Positions 1-10,047 of a stretch of 64,000 bases of DNA are shown here, one piece after another. The notes under the pieces are model-generated. The model made no database searches and was not told the DNA's origin. It saw only the letters and a program-made list of their open reading frames with translations. Position 1 is the stretch's first letter. Each line of letters opens with the position of its first letter. The translations under genes and the position numbers were made by a program. The DNA is taken from contig CAVUXC010000014.1 of the NCBI GenBank assembly GCA_963745365.1, forward strand, positions 46,247 to 110,246, read 5' to 3'. The stretch comes from an uncultured Actinomycetes bacterium (GTDB taxonomy: Bacteria; Actinomycetota; Thermoleophilia; Solirubrobacterales; 70-9).

Positions 1-2
1 GG

Positions 3-578
3 GACCGTGGTCGCGACGAGCCCGCGGACAGCTGGCAGCAGGAGGCGAACGTGGTGCAGGCCGAGATCCTCGAGCGGGGGGTGAGTCAGCGGGGCGTCTT
101 CCGCCAGCACTACGAGACCGATGCGCTCGACGCCTCGCTGCTGCTGATCCCGCTGGTGCGCTTCCTGCCGCCCGGCGACGAGCGCGTGCGGGCCACCGTG
201 CTGGCGATCGCGGACGAGCTGACGGAGCACGGGCTGGTGCTCCGCTACCGCGTCGAGGAGACCGACGACGGGCTCAGCGGCAAGGAGGGCACGTTCACGA
301 TCTGCTCCTTCTGGCTGGTCTCGGCGCTGTCGGAGATCGGCGAGCGCAAGCAGGCGCGGGAGCTCTGCCACCGCCTGCTGGGGCACATGACTCCACTCGG
401 CCTCTACGCGGAGGAGATCGAGGCGCCCAGCGGAGCGCAGCTCGGCAACTTCCCGCAGGCCTTCACCCATCTGGCGCTGGTCAACGCGGTGTCGCACGTG
501 ATCGCAGACGAACTCGGCGAGCGCGATGAGCCCAGCGCCGTGTTCAGCGAGATGCGGGCGGCGGGAGCCGCCGGCTGA
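3..578 (+). CDS. glycoside hydrolase family 15 (glucoamylase/trehalase-like), C-terminal part; 5' end lies outside the window
   Basis: Frame is open from base 3 with no stop. C-terminal motifs FWLVSAL and GNFPQAFTHLALVNA are typical of the GH15 catalytic domain. Confidence 0.75.
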   Translation, partial: DRGRDEPADSWQQEANVVQAEILERGVSQRGVFRQHYETDALDASLLLIPLVRFLPPGDERVRATVLAIADELTEHGLVLRYRVEETDDGLSGKEGTFTICSFWLVSALSEIGERKQARELCHRLLGHMTPLGLYAEEIEAPSGAQLGNFPQAFTHLALVNAVSHVIADELGERDEPSAVFSEMRAAGAAG

Positions 579-600
579 CCCCTCCCTACACTGCCTGCTC

Positions 601-1551
601 GTGAAGGCGATCCAGATCGAGGAATTCGGCGGGCCGGAGGCGATGCGGCTGACGGAGGTTCCGGACCCGGAGCCGGCGGACGGCGAGGTCGTCGTCGAGG
701 TGTCGCGGGCCGGCATCAACTTCGCTGACACCCACGTGACCCGCAACGACTATCTCGCCAACCATGAGCTGCCGCTGATCCCGGGCGGGGAGATCGCCGG
801 ACGGACGGACGACGGACGGCGGGTCGCGGCGCTCATGGCCAGCGGCGGCTACGCCCAGAAGGTCGCCGTCCACGAGGCGGTCCTGGTGCCCGTCCCCGAC
901 CAGGTCTCCGACGAGGAGGCCGCCGCGCTGCTGCTCCAGGGGCTCACGGCGCGCAGCCTGCTGCGGATCTCCGCTCGCCTTCAGGAGGGCGAGACCGTGG
1001 TCGTCCAGGCCGCCGCCGGGGGCACCGGCTCGCTCGCCGTGCAGCTCGCGAAGCGGATGGGCGCCGGCCGGGTGATCGGGCTCGCCTCGTCCGAAGACAA
1101 GCGCGAGCTGGCGCTGCGGTTGGGCGCCGACGTCGCGGTCGATTCGCAAGCCGACGACTTGGAGGCGGCGATCCTGGAGGCGAACGACGGCGAGCCGGTC
1201 GACGTGGTGCTGGAGATGAGCGGCGGCCAGTGCTTCGAGGCAAGCCTGCGGGCGCTTGCCCCGTTCGGCCGTCTGGTCACCTACGGGCTCGCCTCGCGAG
1301 AGCCGGTGGAGGTTCGGAACGTCGATCTGATGCGCACCAGCCGCTCCGTAGTCGGCTTCTGGCTGATGCACCTGTTCAGCCGCCCGCAGGAGCTTCGCGA
1401 GGGAATCGGCGAGCTGCTGGGGGCGGTGGCCGCCAGGGAGCTCGAGGTGGTGATCGGCGACGTGTACCCGCTGTCGGAGGCACGCCGCGCCCACGAGGAC
1501 ATCGCCGCGCGCCGAACGCACGGCAAGCTGCTCCTCGATCCGAGTCGGTGA
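601..1551 (+). CDS. NADPH:quinone oxidoreductase / zinc-type alcohol dehydrogenase superfamily (MDR) protein
   Basis: ORF 526..1551. Conserved N-terminus (M)KAIQIEEFGGPEAM begins at GTG 601. Nucleotide-binding motif AAGGTGSLAVQLAK. C-terminal HGKLLL is typical of Qor-like proteins. Confidence 0.85.
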   Translation: MKAIQIEEFGGPEAMRLTEVPDPEPADGEVVVEVSRAGINFADTHVTRNDYLANHELPLIPGGEIAGRTDDGRRVAALMASGGYAQKVAVHEAVLVPVPDQVSDEEAAALLLQGLTARSLLRISARLQEGETVVVQAAAGGTGSLAVQLAKRMGAGRVIGLASSEDKRELALRLGADVAVDSQADDLEAAILEANDGEPVDVVLEMSGGQCFEASLRALAPFGRLVTYGLASREPVEVRNVDLMRTSRSVVGFWLMHLFSRPQELREGIGELLGAVAARELEVVIGDVYPLSEARRAHEDIAARRTHGKLLLDPSR

Positions 1552-2984
1552 CCGCCTTTCGCGAGCTCGGGCTCTCGGGCGAGATCCTGGAGGCCCTGGA
1601 CGAGCTCGGCTACACCGAGCCGACAGCGATCCAGGAGCAGGCGATCCCCAAGCTGCTCGCCGGTCACGACGTTATCGGCCAGGCGCAGACGGGCACCGGC
1701 AAGACAGCAGCTTTCGGGCTGCCCATGCTCCAGCACCTCGATCCCAGCTCCAGCGACACCCAGGCGCTCGTGCTCACCCCGACCCGGGAGCTCTGCATCC
1801 AGGTGACGCAGGCGCTTCGCGCCTATGCCGAGCACATGCCGATCGAGGTGATGGCCGTGTTCGGCGGTCAGGCCGTCCAGACCCAGCAGTCGAGGCTCCG
1901 CGCGGGCGCCCACGTGGTCGTGGCCACGGTGGGGCGGACGCTGGACCTGATCTCGCGCGGCTCGCTCGTCCTCACCTCGGCGCGCTACATCGTGCTCGAC
2001 GAGGCCGACGAGATGCTCGACCTCGGGTTCATAGACGACGTCGAGCGCATCCTGAGGATCTCTCCCTCGGGCCGGCAGACCTCGCTGTTCTCGGCCACCA
2101 TCCCGCCGCCGATCGAGCGGCTTGCCGACCGCTACATGTACGACCCGGTCACGCTCAGGGTGACGCCGCAGCAGATCACCGTCGACGCGATCGAGCAGGC
2201 CTACGTCGAGGTCCCGGCGCGGGCGAAGGTGGAGCGCCTGGTCGAGGTGCTGCGGGCCGAGGATCCCGAGCAGGCAATCATCTTCTGCCGCACCAAGATC
2301 GGCACCGCGCGGCTGGACAAGACTCTTCGCGACCGCGGTCTTCAGGTCAAAGCTCTGCACGGAGACCTGAGCCAGGGCCAGCGCGACGGCGTCATGCTCG
2401 CCTTCAAGGACCACCGGCTCCGGCTGCTGGTCGCCACCGACGTCGCCGCCCGCGGGCTCGACATCGAGCACGTCACCCACGTGATCAACTACGACGTCCC
2501 CGATACCTCGGACGGGTACGTTCACCGGGTCGGGCGGACGGGGAGGGTGGGGCGCACGGGCCGCGCGATCACCTTCGTGACGCCCAAGCAGCGCGACGAG
2601 ATCCCCCGCATCGAGCGCGAGGCCAAAACCCGGATCGGCGAGTGGGAGCCGCCGGAGGAGCGCCTCGAGCACGCCCCGCGCCCCCGGCGTCGTGAGCACC
2701 GCCCCGCCGATGGCGCCGGGCGAGCCAAGGAGGCGGCATCCGGCGATCAGCCCGTGAAGCTGTTCGTGAACCGCGGCAAGCGCAGCGGCATCGAGGACGA
2801 GGACGTTCGATGGGCGCTGACCGAGGGGGCGGTGATCCCGGAGGCCGCAATTGGCTCGATCCGGGTTCTCGAGCGCTTCTCGTTCGTGGAGCTCGACGCC
2901 CAGCACGCCGAGCAGGCCCTGGAGCGCCTGGAGGGCACCAAGCTGAAGGGAAAGCAGATCCGGGTCGAGTACGCCCGGGGGTAG
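1548..2984 (+). CDS. DEAD-box ATP-dependent RNA helicase with C-terminal DbpA-type RNA-binding domain
   Basis: Motifs AQTGTGKT, VLDEADEML, SAT and HRVGRTGR. GTG 1548 overlaps the upstream stop (GTGA). The first 318 nt of ORF 1230..2984 is Arg/Gly-rich read-through of the previous gene. Confidence 0.9.
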   Translation: MTAFRELGLSGEILEALDELGYTEPTAIQEQAIPKLLAGHDVIGQAQTGTGKTAAFGLPMLQHLDPSSSDTQALVLTPTRELCIQVTQALRAYAEHMPIEVMAVFGGQAVQTQQSRLRAGAHVVVATVGRTLDLISRGSLVLTSARYIVLDEADEMLDLGFIDDVERILRISPSGRQTSLFSATIPPPIERLADRYMYDPVTLRVTPQQITVDAIEQAYVEVPARAKVERLVEVLRAEDPEQAIIFCRTKIGTARLDKTLRDRGLQVKALHGDLSQGQRDGVMLAFKDHRLRLLVATDVAARGLDIEHVTHVINYDVPDTSDGYVHRVGRTGRVGRTGRAITFVTPKQRDEIPRIEREAKTRIGEWEPPEERLEHAPRPRRREHRPADGAGRAKEAASGDQPVKLFVNRGKRSGIEDEDVRWALTEGAVIPEAAIGSIRVLERFSFVELDAQHAEQALERLEGTKLKGKQIRVEYARG

Positions 2985-3183
2985 GCGATCGTTCCGGCCA
3001 TCCGCGGCCCCGCGGGGCTACCTGGGGCTGGGTAAGGGGGGAGGTGCGAAGGGCGCCGATGGAAGCGTTTCCCGTCGAGTGAAGGGTTGTGTGTCGCATA
3101 GACACCCAACTCTCCACTCGGCGGTTTCGGCTCCGTTGGCGCCTTTGTACCCCTATGCGGTGCATAAAGCGCCAACTCCGGCG

Positions 3184-4198
3184 CTAGCCCGGGCCGCTCG
3201 GGCCCGCTTCGGCGCTGACCTCCGTTCGCGCGGCCTCGCCTTCGCGGATCAGGGAGCGCCAGTCCCTGACCCGGAAGAAATAGATCAGTGCCGCGAACGC
3301 GATCAGCACCGACCAGGCGGTGACGGCGAGCTGCTGGCCGACCGAGTAGGCCAGGACGACCACGCGCGAGGTCCCCTCGAGCGTCGCCACCAAGAGCGCC
3401 TGTTGCGCGCCCGCTCCTCCCGGGGTGAACGGAAGCGCCCCCGTGATCGACTGCACGCTCATCACCAAGAGCACGTTCTGGACCGAGCCGCCGACGTGGA
3501 AGGCCTCGAGGAAGAGCCAGAACGAGGCGAACCGGCATAGCCAGCCGACCGCCTGCCAGGCGGCGACCTCGCGCGCGTATCGAGCCGGCTCCCGGAAGAT
3601 CGCCAGTCCCTGCTTGACCCGCTGCCAAAACGACTCGACGTGCCGGGCGAGGGTCGCGATCAGCACCACGATCCCGATCCCGATCACCGTCAGGGTCAGC
3701 ATCAGCACCTCCGGATGCGCGGCCCAGAAGGTGATCTCAAAGGCGGGCAGGTGCGGCAGGCGCGGCGCGCGGGGCAGCAGCCCCTGGGTGATCGCGTAGA
3801 GCAGCACCAGCACGCCGACGGCGATATCGAACGGCGACAGCACGGCGAACGACGAGACGATCGTCGGGTAGGAGGAGCGCTCGACGCTGCGCTTGGCCAG
3901 GACGATCTTCAAGGCATCGCCGCCCCGGGCCGGGAGGATGCCGTTCATGCCCGCGCCGACCAGGAAGGCCGCCGCGATGCCGGACTCTGAGACTCGAGAC
4001 TTCGGATAGGCGGCGCGGAGCGCGTTCGCCCAGCCGTGCGCCCGGGCAGAGCTGGAGCGCCAGGGACAGGAGCAGGGCCACCGCCAGGTATCCCCAGGCG
4101 ATCTCGGCGATGTGCTCGAAGAACGCCTCCGCCGCGTTCCTGAAGCGGTCGAAGCTCGCGCCCAGGTCGGGGGTGTCGATCGCTGCGGCCACCGCCAT
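3184..4198 (-). CDS. flippase-like / lysylphosphatidylglycerol-synthase transmembrane-domain family protein (UPF0104), frame broken as assembled
   Basis: N-terminus MAVAAAIDTPDLG...WGYLAVALLLSLALQLC is in the frame of ORF 3737..4198. The rest (RAHGWANALRAAYP...GALPFTPGGAGAQQALLV) is in the frame of ORF 3184..4335. The switch lies at the cccggg run 4041-4046. Confidence 0.6.
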
Positions 4199-4213
4199 AA
4201 GCTAGCCCCCCGC

Positions 4214-5747
4214 ATGCTCGTTGCCGGCCTCTTTGCGATCGCGTATCTGATTCTGGAACCGCCCAGCGTCGATCTCGCGGCGCAGTCCTTTCGCTCCGAC
4301 CTGTTCGCCTCACAGGGCTTCCTGCTCTGGAACAACCACTGGTACGGGGGCCACTACCTGCCCGGCTACAGCGTTCTCTTCCCGCCGCTCGCGGCGGCGC
4401 TCGGGCCGCGGCTCGTTGGGGCCCTGGCCGCGGTGACGGCGGCGGGGTTGTTCGGAGCCCTCGCCCGTCACAGGCATGGCGACCGCGCCCGCGTCGCGAC
4501 CCTGTGGTTCGGGGCGGGCACGGCGACGATGCTGTTCTCGGGCCGCCTCACCTTCGCCCTCGGCATCGCGATCGGCCTGGGGGCATTGCTCGCCCTGCAG
4601 AGACAGCGTCCGGTGCTCGCTGCTGGGCTGGCCGTGCTCACCGCTTGCGGCAGCCCGGTTGCCGGCCTGTTCCTGGCGCTGGCCGGCGTCGCCGTGATGC
4701 TGGCCGGGGATCGGCGCGGCGGTGCCCTGGTGGCGCTCCCGGCGCTCGGCGCGCTCGGCGCCCTGTCGCTCGCCTTTCCGACCGGTGGCGAGGAGCCATT
4801 CGTGTTCTCGGCCTTCATCGGGGTGCCCCTGCTCGCCGCAGCCGCCCTGCTCCTGCTGCCGGCTGAGGAGCGGGTGTTGCGCTGGGGCGTGGCGGTGTAC
4901 GCGATCGCCGCCGTCGCCGCCTTCGCCGTGGACAACCCGGTGGGGGGGAACATGGCCCGCCTGGGGGCCCTGGCCGCAGGGCCGGTGCTGGCCCTGGGGC
5001 TCGCCGGCCGGCGACCGGTGGCGCTGGCAGCCGTCGCCCTGCCGCTGCTCTACTGGCAATGGGCGGCGCCGGTCCGCGACGTATCCGGCGCGGCCGGCGA
5101 TCCGTCGGTGCATGCGTCCTATTACGAGCCGCTGCTCGCCGAGCTCGAGCGGCGCACGCACGGAAGGCCAGCGCGGGTTGAGATCCCGCCGACGCGCAAC
5201 CGCTGGGAGGCCGACTATGTCGCGCCGCGATTCCCGCTGGCGCGCGGCTGGCTGCGCCAGCTCGAATCCGACGATTTCGACCTGTTCACCGACGGAAACC
5301 TGACCGCGCCGGGGTACCGGTCCTGGCTCGACCACCGCGGCGTCTCATACGTGGCGGTTGCGGACACCGAGCTCGACTACCTGTCCACCGACGAGGAGGC
5401 GCTGATACGCGACGGCCTGCCATACCTGCGCGAGGTCTGGAGCGATCAGCACTGGCGCCTCTATCGCGTCGAGGGAGCCACCGGCCTCATCTCCCGCGCC
5501 GGCGGCCCGTCGCGCGGGGCCGCGCCGGATGATCGCCTGACCGCCCTCGAGCCGGCGAGCTTCACCCTCTCGGCCCGGGACTCGGGCAGCCTTCCTCGTC
5601 CGGGTGGGGTACACGCGCTACTGGACGGTGACCTCCGGAGAGGCGTGTGTGGAGCGCCACGGCGACTGGACCGAGGTCGAGGTTCTGCGCCCCGGGACCG
5701 TCGAGGTGGCCGCCAGATTCAGCCTCGACGGCCTGGTCGGGCCGTGA
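4214..5747 (+). CDS. polytopic membrane protein with C-terminal soluble domain (function unassigned, possibly glycosyltransferase-like), frame broken as assembled
   Basis: ATG 4214 (MLVAGLFAIAYLILEPP) is followed by many hydrophobic helices. After ...FTLSARDSGS the conserved-looking tail FLVRVGYTRYWTVTSGEACVERHGDWTEVEVLRPGTVEVAARFSLDGLVGP* is in the +1 frame and ends at TGA 5745-5747. An extra c sits near 5591. The 838-aa ORF 4112..6628 is an artefact of this break. Confidence 0.6.
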
Positions 5748-5753
5748 CCGGCA

Positions 5754-6593
5754 ATGCTCGGCATAGCGCTCGGGCTCGCGTCCAGCGTCGCCTGGGGGAT
5801 CTCCGACTTCCTCGGCGGCATGCAGAGCCGGCGAATCTCCGTCCTCACCGTGCTGCTCGTCAGCCAGCCGGTGGGGCTGGTGCTGGCGCTGGTTGTCGCG
5901 CTGGCGGTCGGCGGCGACCCGCTGAGCAGGCACGACGCCGTGATCGCCATCGGAGGGGGCGCCGCGGTGGTGCTCGCCCTCGGTGCCTTCTACCGGGCGA
6001 TGGCGCTCGGCTCGGTCAGCGTGGTGGCGACGATCGGGGCGCTCGGGGTGGTGGTGCCGATCGCCGGTGGCCTCGCCGCGGGAGAGGAGCCGGCCGCGAT
6101 CCAGGCGATCGGCGTGGTCGCCGGCGTCGTCGGGGTGGTGCTGGTGGCGCGCGAGCCCGACCCCGAGTGGCGCGCCGCCGGACGCGCCGCCGTCGGGCTC
6201 GCGGCGCTTGCGGCGCTGGGCTTCGGGACCTTCTTCCTCGCCCTCGACGCGACCTCCGGCCCGGAGCCGACCTGGACCATCGTCGCGCTCCGCTGCGGCG
6301 GCGTCGGGATGCTGCTGATCGCCGCCGCGTTCGCGCGACCCTCGATGCGGATCGAGCGCGCGCTGCTGCCGGCCCTGCTCGCGATCGGCTGCTTGGACGT
6401 GCTGGCGAACTCGCTGTTCGCGGTCGCCACCAATCACGGCCTGCTGTCGCTGGTCGCGGTTGCCGGCTCGCTCTATTCGGCGGTCACGGTCCTGCTTGCC
6501 CGTTTCGTGCTCGGCGAGCGCCTGGCGCCCATCCAGCGGGCCGGGGTGATCGTGGCCTTGATCGGCGTCGCCTTGATCGCCGGGGGCTCCTAA
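5754..6593 (+). CDS. EamA/DMT-family transporter
   Basis: 279 aa with about ten hydrophobic segments and a duplicated EamA-like layout. Starts with ATG. Confidence 0.85.
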   Translation: MLGIALGLASSVAWGISDFLGGMQSRRISVLTVLLVSQPVGLVLALVVALAVGGDPLSRHDAVIAIGGGAAVVLALGAFYRAMALGSVSVVATIGALGVVVPIAGGLAAGEEPAAIQAIGVVAGVVGVVLVAREPDPEWRAAGRAAVGLAALAALGFGTFFLALDATSGPEPTWTIVALRCGGVGMLLIAAAFARPSMRIERALLPALLAIGCLDVLANSLFAVATNHGLLSLVAVAGSLYSAVTVLLARFVLGERLAPIQRAGVIVALIGVALIAGGS

Positions 6594-7239
6594 CCAGCTT
6601 GCCGGCGGAGCCTGGGCGGGCACCGTGAAGTCCAGCAGCTCCTCCAGCCGTGCCACGGTGGCGGGCACGTCGCGGTGCAGCACCGCCGTCATGCCCACGG
6701 CCTCGGCCCCGGCGCAGTTCTCGCGCAGGTCGTCGACGAACACGCATCGCTCGGGCTCGACGCCGAGGCGCTTCGACGCCAGCAGGTAGATCTCGGGCTG
6801 CGGCTTGTGCAGTCCCGACCTCGGCTGAGATCACCACGACGTCGAACAGCTCCGCCAGCAGGGCGCGGTCGTAGTGCGAGGTGCTCCACGAGTTCGAGAC
6901 CAGGCCGGTACGGATGCCGCTGGCCCGCGCGGCGCGGACTGCGGCGACCATCGGCTCGGACGGCTTCATGCCGCGGAACATGCTCTCGATCAGGTCTGTG
7001 GCGTCCTCCAAGCCGAGGCGCTGGGCGAAGCGGCGCTCGAACTCCCCCTCCTCGATTCGCCCGGTCTCCAGCTCCCGGAGGTCGGCGAGCGCCGCGGCGT
7101 CCTCGCGGAACAGACGCCGCATCGAGTCCTCCGCGAGGCCCTTGTCTCGGCAGAAGTCCGCGAAGCTGTCCCAGACCGAGGTGGTGAGCACGCCGCCGAA
7201 GTCCACCAGGAGGCCGCTGTGATCGCGCTCGGCCCGCAT
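6590..7239 (-). CDS. HAD-superfamily hydrolase (subfamily IA), frame broken as assembled; 3' end uncertain
   Basis: N-terminal part MRAERDHSGLLVDFGGVLT...VVISAEVG is in the frame of ORF 6484..7368. The continuation LHKPQPEIYLLASKRLGVEPERCVFVDDLRENCAGAEAVGMTAVL is in the frame of ORF 5562..6743. An extra base sits near 6812. The C-terminal frame has no stop before 5562, so the true end is unresolved; a TAG at 6590-6592 exists in the third frame. Confidence 0.55.
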
Positions 7240-7252
7240 AGGATTGGCGCTC

Positions 7253-8287
7253 ATGGCCGACGAGGCTATCGACCAGCCGAACCTCGAAGCCTGGTTTGAG
7301 GAGCACGTCCCCGGGGCCGCGCCGCCGCTGGCCTTCGAGCGCATCTCCGGGGGCCATTCGAACCTCACCTACGGGGTGGCCGACGCCGCCGGCGGACGCT
7401 GGGCGTTGCGGCGCCCGCCGCTGGGCAGGCGCCTCGCCTCGGCCCACGACATGGCGCGCGAGCACCGGATCATCTCGGCCCTCCAGGAGACCGAGGTTCC
7501 GGTGCCGCCGATCGTCGGCCTCTGCCAGGACGAGTCCGTGAACGGCGCGCCGTTCTACGTCATGGAGTTCGTCGAGGGCCCGATCCTGCGCTCCCGCAAG
7601 GAGGCCGAGCGAGGCTTCGACGAGGCGCAGCGAGGTCCGATTGGGGAGCGCGTCGTGGACACGCTGGTCTCGATCCACGCCATCGACCCCGACCGCGTTG
7701 GCCTCGGCGAGCTGGGCAAGAAGAGTGACTACGTCGCGCGACAGCTGCACCGCTGGCAGGGGCAGTGGGAGAAGTCGAAGACGCGCGAGCTGCCGCAAAT
7801 CGACGACGTCCACCGGCGCCTGTCCGAGCGCATTCCCGAACAAGCGACGGCGACGATCGTGCATGGGGACTACCGGCTCGACAACATGATCCTCACCGAT
7901 GCCGGCGAGGTCGCGGCCGTGGTCGACTGGGAGCTCTGCACGCTCGGCGACCCACTCGCCGACGTCGGCATGCTGATCGTCTACTGGTCCGAGGACGGCG
8001 ACGAGTTGATGCCGCTGCTCCAGGCCCCGACCACCGCGCCCGGCTTTCCCTCGCGGGAGGAGATCGCCGAGCGCTACGCCGAGCACTCCGGACGCGACCT
8101 CTCGGAGATCGACTTCTACGTCGCGCTCGGCTGGTGGAAGCTGGCGATCATCCTCGAGGGGGTGTATTCACGCTACGCGGCCGGCCAGTACGGAAAGCCC
8201 GAGGAGAGCATCGAGGGCATCGACCGGTTCGCCAAGATCGTCGAGCGGCTAGCGCAGGCGGCCGACGAGGCGGAGCGCCGCCTCTAG
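7253..8287 (+). CDS. phosphotransferase-family (aminoglycoside phosphotransferase-like) protein
   Basis: APH-type kinase motifs HGDYRLDNMIL and DWELCTLGDP. This is the usual partner of an acyl-CoA dehydrogenase. ATG 7253 is preferred over TTG 7244. Confidence 0.8.
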   Translation: MADEAIDQPNLEAWFEEHVPGAAPPLAFERISGGHSNLTYGVADAAGGRWALRRPPLGRRLASAHDMAREHRIISALQETEVPVPPIVGLCQDESVNGAPFYVMEFVEGPILRSRKEAERGFDEAQRGPIGERVVDTLVSIHAIDPDRVGLGELGKKSDYVARQLHRWQGQWEKSKTRELPQIDDVHRRLSERIPEQATATIVHGDYRLDNMILTDAGEVAAVVDWELCTLGDPLADVGMLIVYWSEDGDELMPLLQAPTTAPGFPSREEIAERYAEHSGRDLSEIDFYVALGWWKLAIILEGVYSRYAAGQYGKPEESIEGIDRFAKIVERLAQAADEAERRL

Positions 8288-9539
8288 CTGGCGACCTTCG
8301 CGGGCTGGGCGAGCCGCCGCCCCGGCCTCGGTCTCGCTGCGCCCAGCGATGCAGCTCGCGGCGCGCGATCACCATCTTGTGGACCTCGTCGGGGCCGTCG
8401 GCGACCCGCAGCATGCGGCTGAAGCGCCACATCCAGGCCAGGGGGGTGTCGTCGGACATCCCGAGCGCGCCGTGCACCTGGATCGCGCGGTCCAGCACGT
8501 CCATGACCACGTTGGCGGCCACGACCTTGATCATCGAGATCGCCTGGCGGGCCGCCCGCTTGCCCTCCGTGTCCATCCGCCAGGCGGCGTTCAGGGTCAG
8601 CAGCCGGGCCTGGTCCACCTCCATGCGCGACTTGGCCACGAAGTCCTGAACGAACTGCTTCTCGGCGAGCTTGCCGCCGAACGTCTCGCGCTCGTTGGCG
8701 CGGCGGCACATCAGCTCGATCGCCCGCTCCGCGGTTCCGATCGCGCGCATGCAGTGGTGGATGCGCCCGGGGCCCAGCCGGTCCTGGGCGATCACGAAGC
8801 CGGCGCCCCGCTCGCCGAGCAGGCTGGAGGCCGGCACGCGGCAGCCCTCGTAGCGGATCTCGCAGTGGCCTGGGCCGCCGGCGTGGCCCATCACCGAGAC
8901 GGGGCGGACCAGGTCGAAGCCGGGGTTGTCGGTGGGGACCAGGATCATGCTCGCCCGCGCGTAGGGATGGGCGTCGGGATCGGTGACGCACATGACGATC
9001 GCCATCGAGGCGCCCACGGCGCCCGAGGTGAACCACTTGTGGCCGTCGATCACCCACTCGTCGCCGTCGAGCTCGGCGCGGGTTTGGAGCGTGGTCGGAT
9101 CGGAGCCCGAGACCTCGGGCTCGGTCATCGAGAAGCAGCTGCGGATCTCGCCATCCAGCAGCGGCTCGAGCCATTCCCGCCGCTGCTGATCGGTGCCGTG
9201 CTCGGCGAGGATCTCCATGTTGCCGGTGTCGGGCGCGGAGCAGTTGAAGGCCATCGGGGCTACCGCGGGGCTGCGGCCCATCTCCTCGCAGAGCACCCCG
9301 TACTCCCAGTTCACCAAGCCGGCGCCGTAGCGCTCGTCGGGCATGAACAGGTTCCAAAGCCCCTCCTGGCGCGCCCTGGCGCGGATCTCGACCAGGATCT
9401 CCGGGTATGGCGTGCCAGCGCGGACCTCCTGGTCGAGCGCCCGCATCGCCTCGAGCTCCACCGGGTAGACGTGCTCGTCCATGAACGCCGCCACCCGCTC
9501 GCGAAGCTCCTCGACCCGGGGCGTGACCTCGAACTCCAC
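8148..9539 (-). CDS. acyl-CoA dehydrogenase
   Basis: GTG 9539. Reads MEFEVTPRVEELR..., SMTEPEVSGSD, DEWVIDGHKWFTSG and a conserved C-terminal helical domain. The last ~45 codons (RDRGRGGGSPSPRR...) look non-coding and overlap the convergent gene. An alternative stop at 8284 in another frame is possible. Confidence 0.8.
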   Translation of the reverse strand: MEFEVTPRVEELRERVAAFMDEHVYPVELEAMRALDQEVRAGTPYPEILVEIRARARQEGLWNLFMPDERYGAGLVNWEYGVLCEEMGRSPAVAPMAFNCSAPDTGNMEILAEHGTDQQRREWLEPLLDGEIRSCFSMTEPEVSGSDPTTLQTRAELDGDEWVIDGHKWFTSGAVGASMAIVMCVTDPDAHPYARASMILVPTDNPGFDLVRPVSVMGHAGGPGHCEIRYEGCRVPASSLLGERGAGFVIAQDRLGPGRIHHCMRAIGTAERAIELMCRRANERETFGGKLAEKQFVQDFVAKSRMEVDQARLLTLNAAWRMDTEGKRAARQAISMIKVVAANVVMDVLDRAIQVHGALGMSDDTPLAWMWRFSRMLRVADGPDEVHKMVIARRELHRWAQRDRGRGGGSPSPRRSPARGGAPPRRPPALAARRSWRTGRCPRCSPRAFRTGRPRSVNTPPRG

Positions 9540-9565
9540 GCGCTCAGCCTACCTGCACGCGCTGG

Positions 9566-10024
9566 TCACCGGACGTGCCAGACGTCCGGGTCGGCGATCA
9601 ATTCGGCGACCGGGTCCGGCAGCTCGCCGGCGATCAGATCGGCGAGGGTGACGGTTTCCAGCACCGCCCGCAGGTTGGCGCGGACCGCGACCCAGACGTC
9701 GCGCAGGCGTTCGGCCGGGCCCGGGTAGTTGGTCGCTTCCGGGGCCGAGTCCTGGATGTTGGCGAGCGGGCCCTCGACGGCCCGGATCACGTCGGCGAGG
9801 GTGATCGTCTCCGGCGCGCGGGCGAGCCAGTAGCCGCCCCGGGCCCCGCGGCGGGCGCGCACAAGCCGCGCGTGCTTGAGCTCCAGCAGGATGTGCTCGA
9901 GGAACTGGAGCGGGATGCCCTGAGCTTCGGCCAGCTGCTCCCCCTTGACGGGCTCCTCGGGGGGCGCCGCGGCCAGCTCGAGCGCGGCCCGTACTGCGTA
10001 GTCGGCTTTGGCGGAGATCCTCAC
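9566..10024 (-). CDS. Rrf2-family transcriptional regulator
   Basis: MRISAKADYAVRAALELA... and the winged-helix layout are typical of Rrf2 (IscR/CymR/NsrR) proteins. GTG start at 10024. Confidence 0.85.
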   Translation of the reverse strand: MRISAKADYAVRAALELAAAPPEEPVKGEQLAEAQGIPLQFLEHILLELKHARLVRARRGARGGYWLARAPETITLADVIRAVEGPLANIQDSAPEATNYPGPAERLRDVWVAVRANLRAVLETVTLADLIAGELPDPVAELIADPDVWHVR

Positions 10025-10047
10025 TTCGTCACAATGGCGCGTTCGCG

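Noticed and set aside
586-2906. Long antisense or alternative-frame ORFs in the ORF track, for example 586..1521, 944..1243 and 1281..2906. Similar ones elsewhere are 4310..5335, 8349..9728, 13561..14709, 15931..16974, 16956..18545, 26677..28473, 39124..40812, 45235..47130 and 48771..49988.
   Set aside because: Their translations are Arg/Pro/Gly/Ala-rich with low complexity and no recognisable motifs. They lie opposite or out of frame to genes with clear family signatures. Stop-poor non-coding frames are expected in very high-G+C DNA.
2985-3183. A possible small RNA or riboswitch in the 200-bp convergent intergenic region. It has hairpins GTGTC-GCATA-GACAC, AGCGCC-AACTCC-GGCGCT and the palindrome CCCCGCGGGG.
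   Set aside because: Only short generic hairpins are present, with no motif I recognise. They are most simply terminator-type structures for the two convergent genes. A covariance-model scan is needed before claiming more.
4112-6628. An 838-aa ORF spanning the membrane protein and the EamA transporter.
   Set aside because: It is an artefact of the frame break near 5591. After that point the translation becomes Arg/Gly-rich nonsense, while the true tail ends at 5747 in the +1 frame and EamA starts at 5754.
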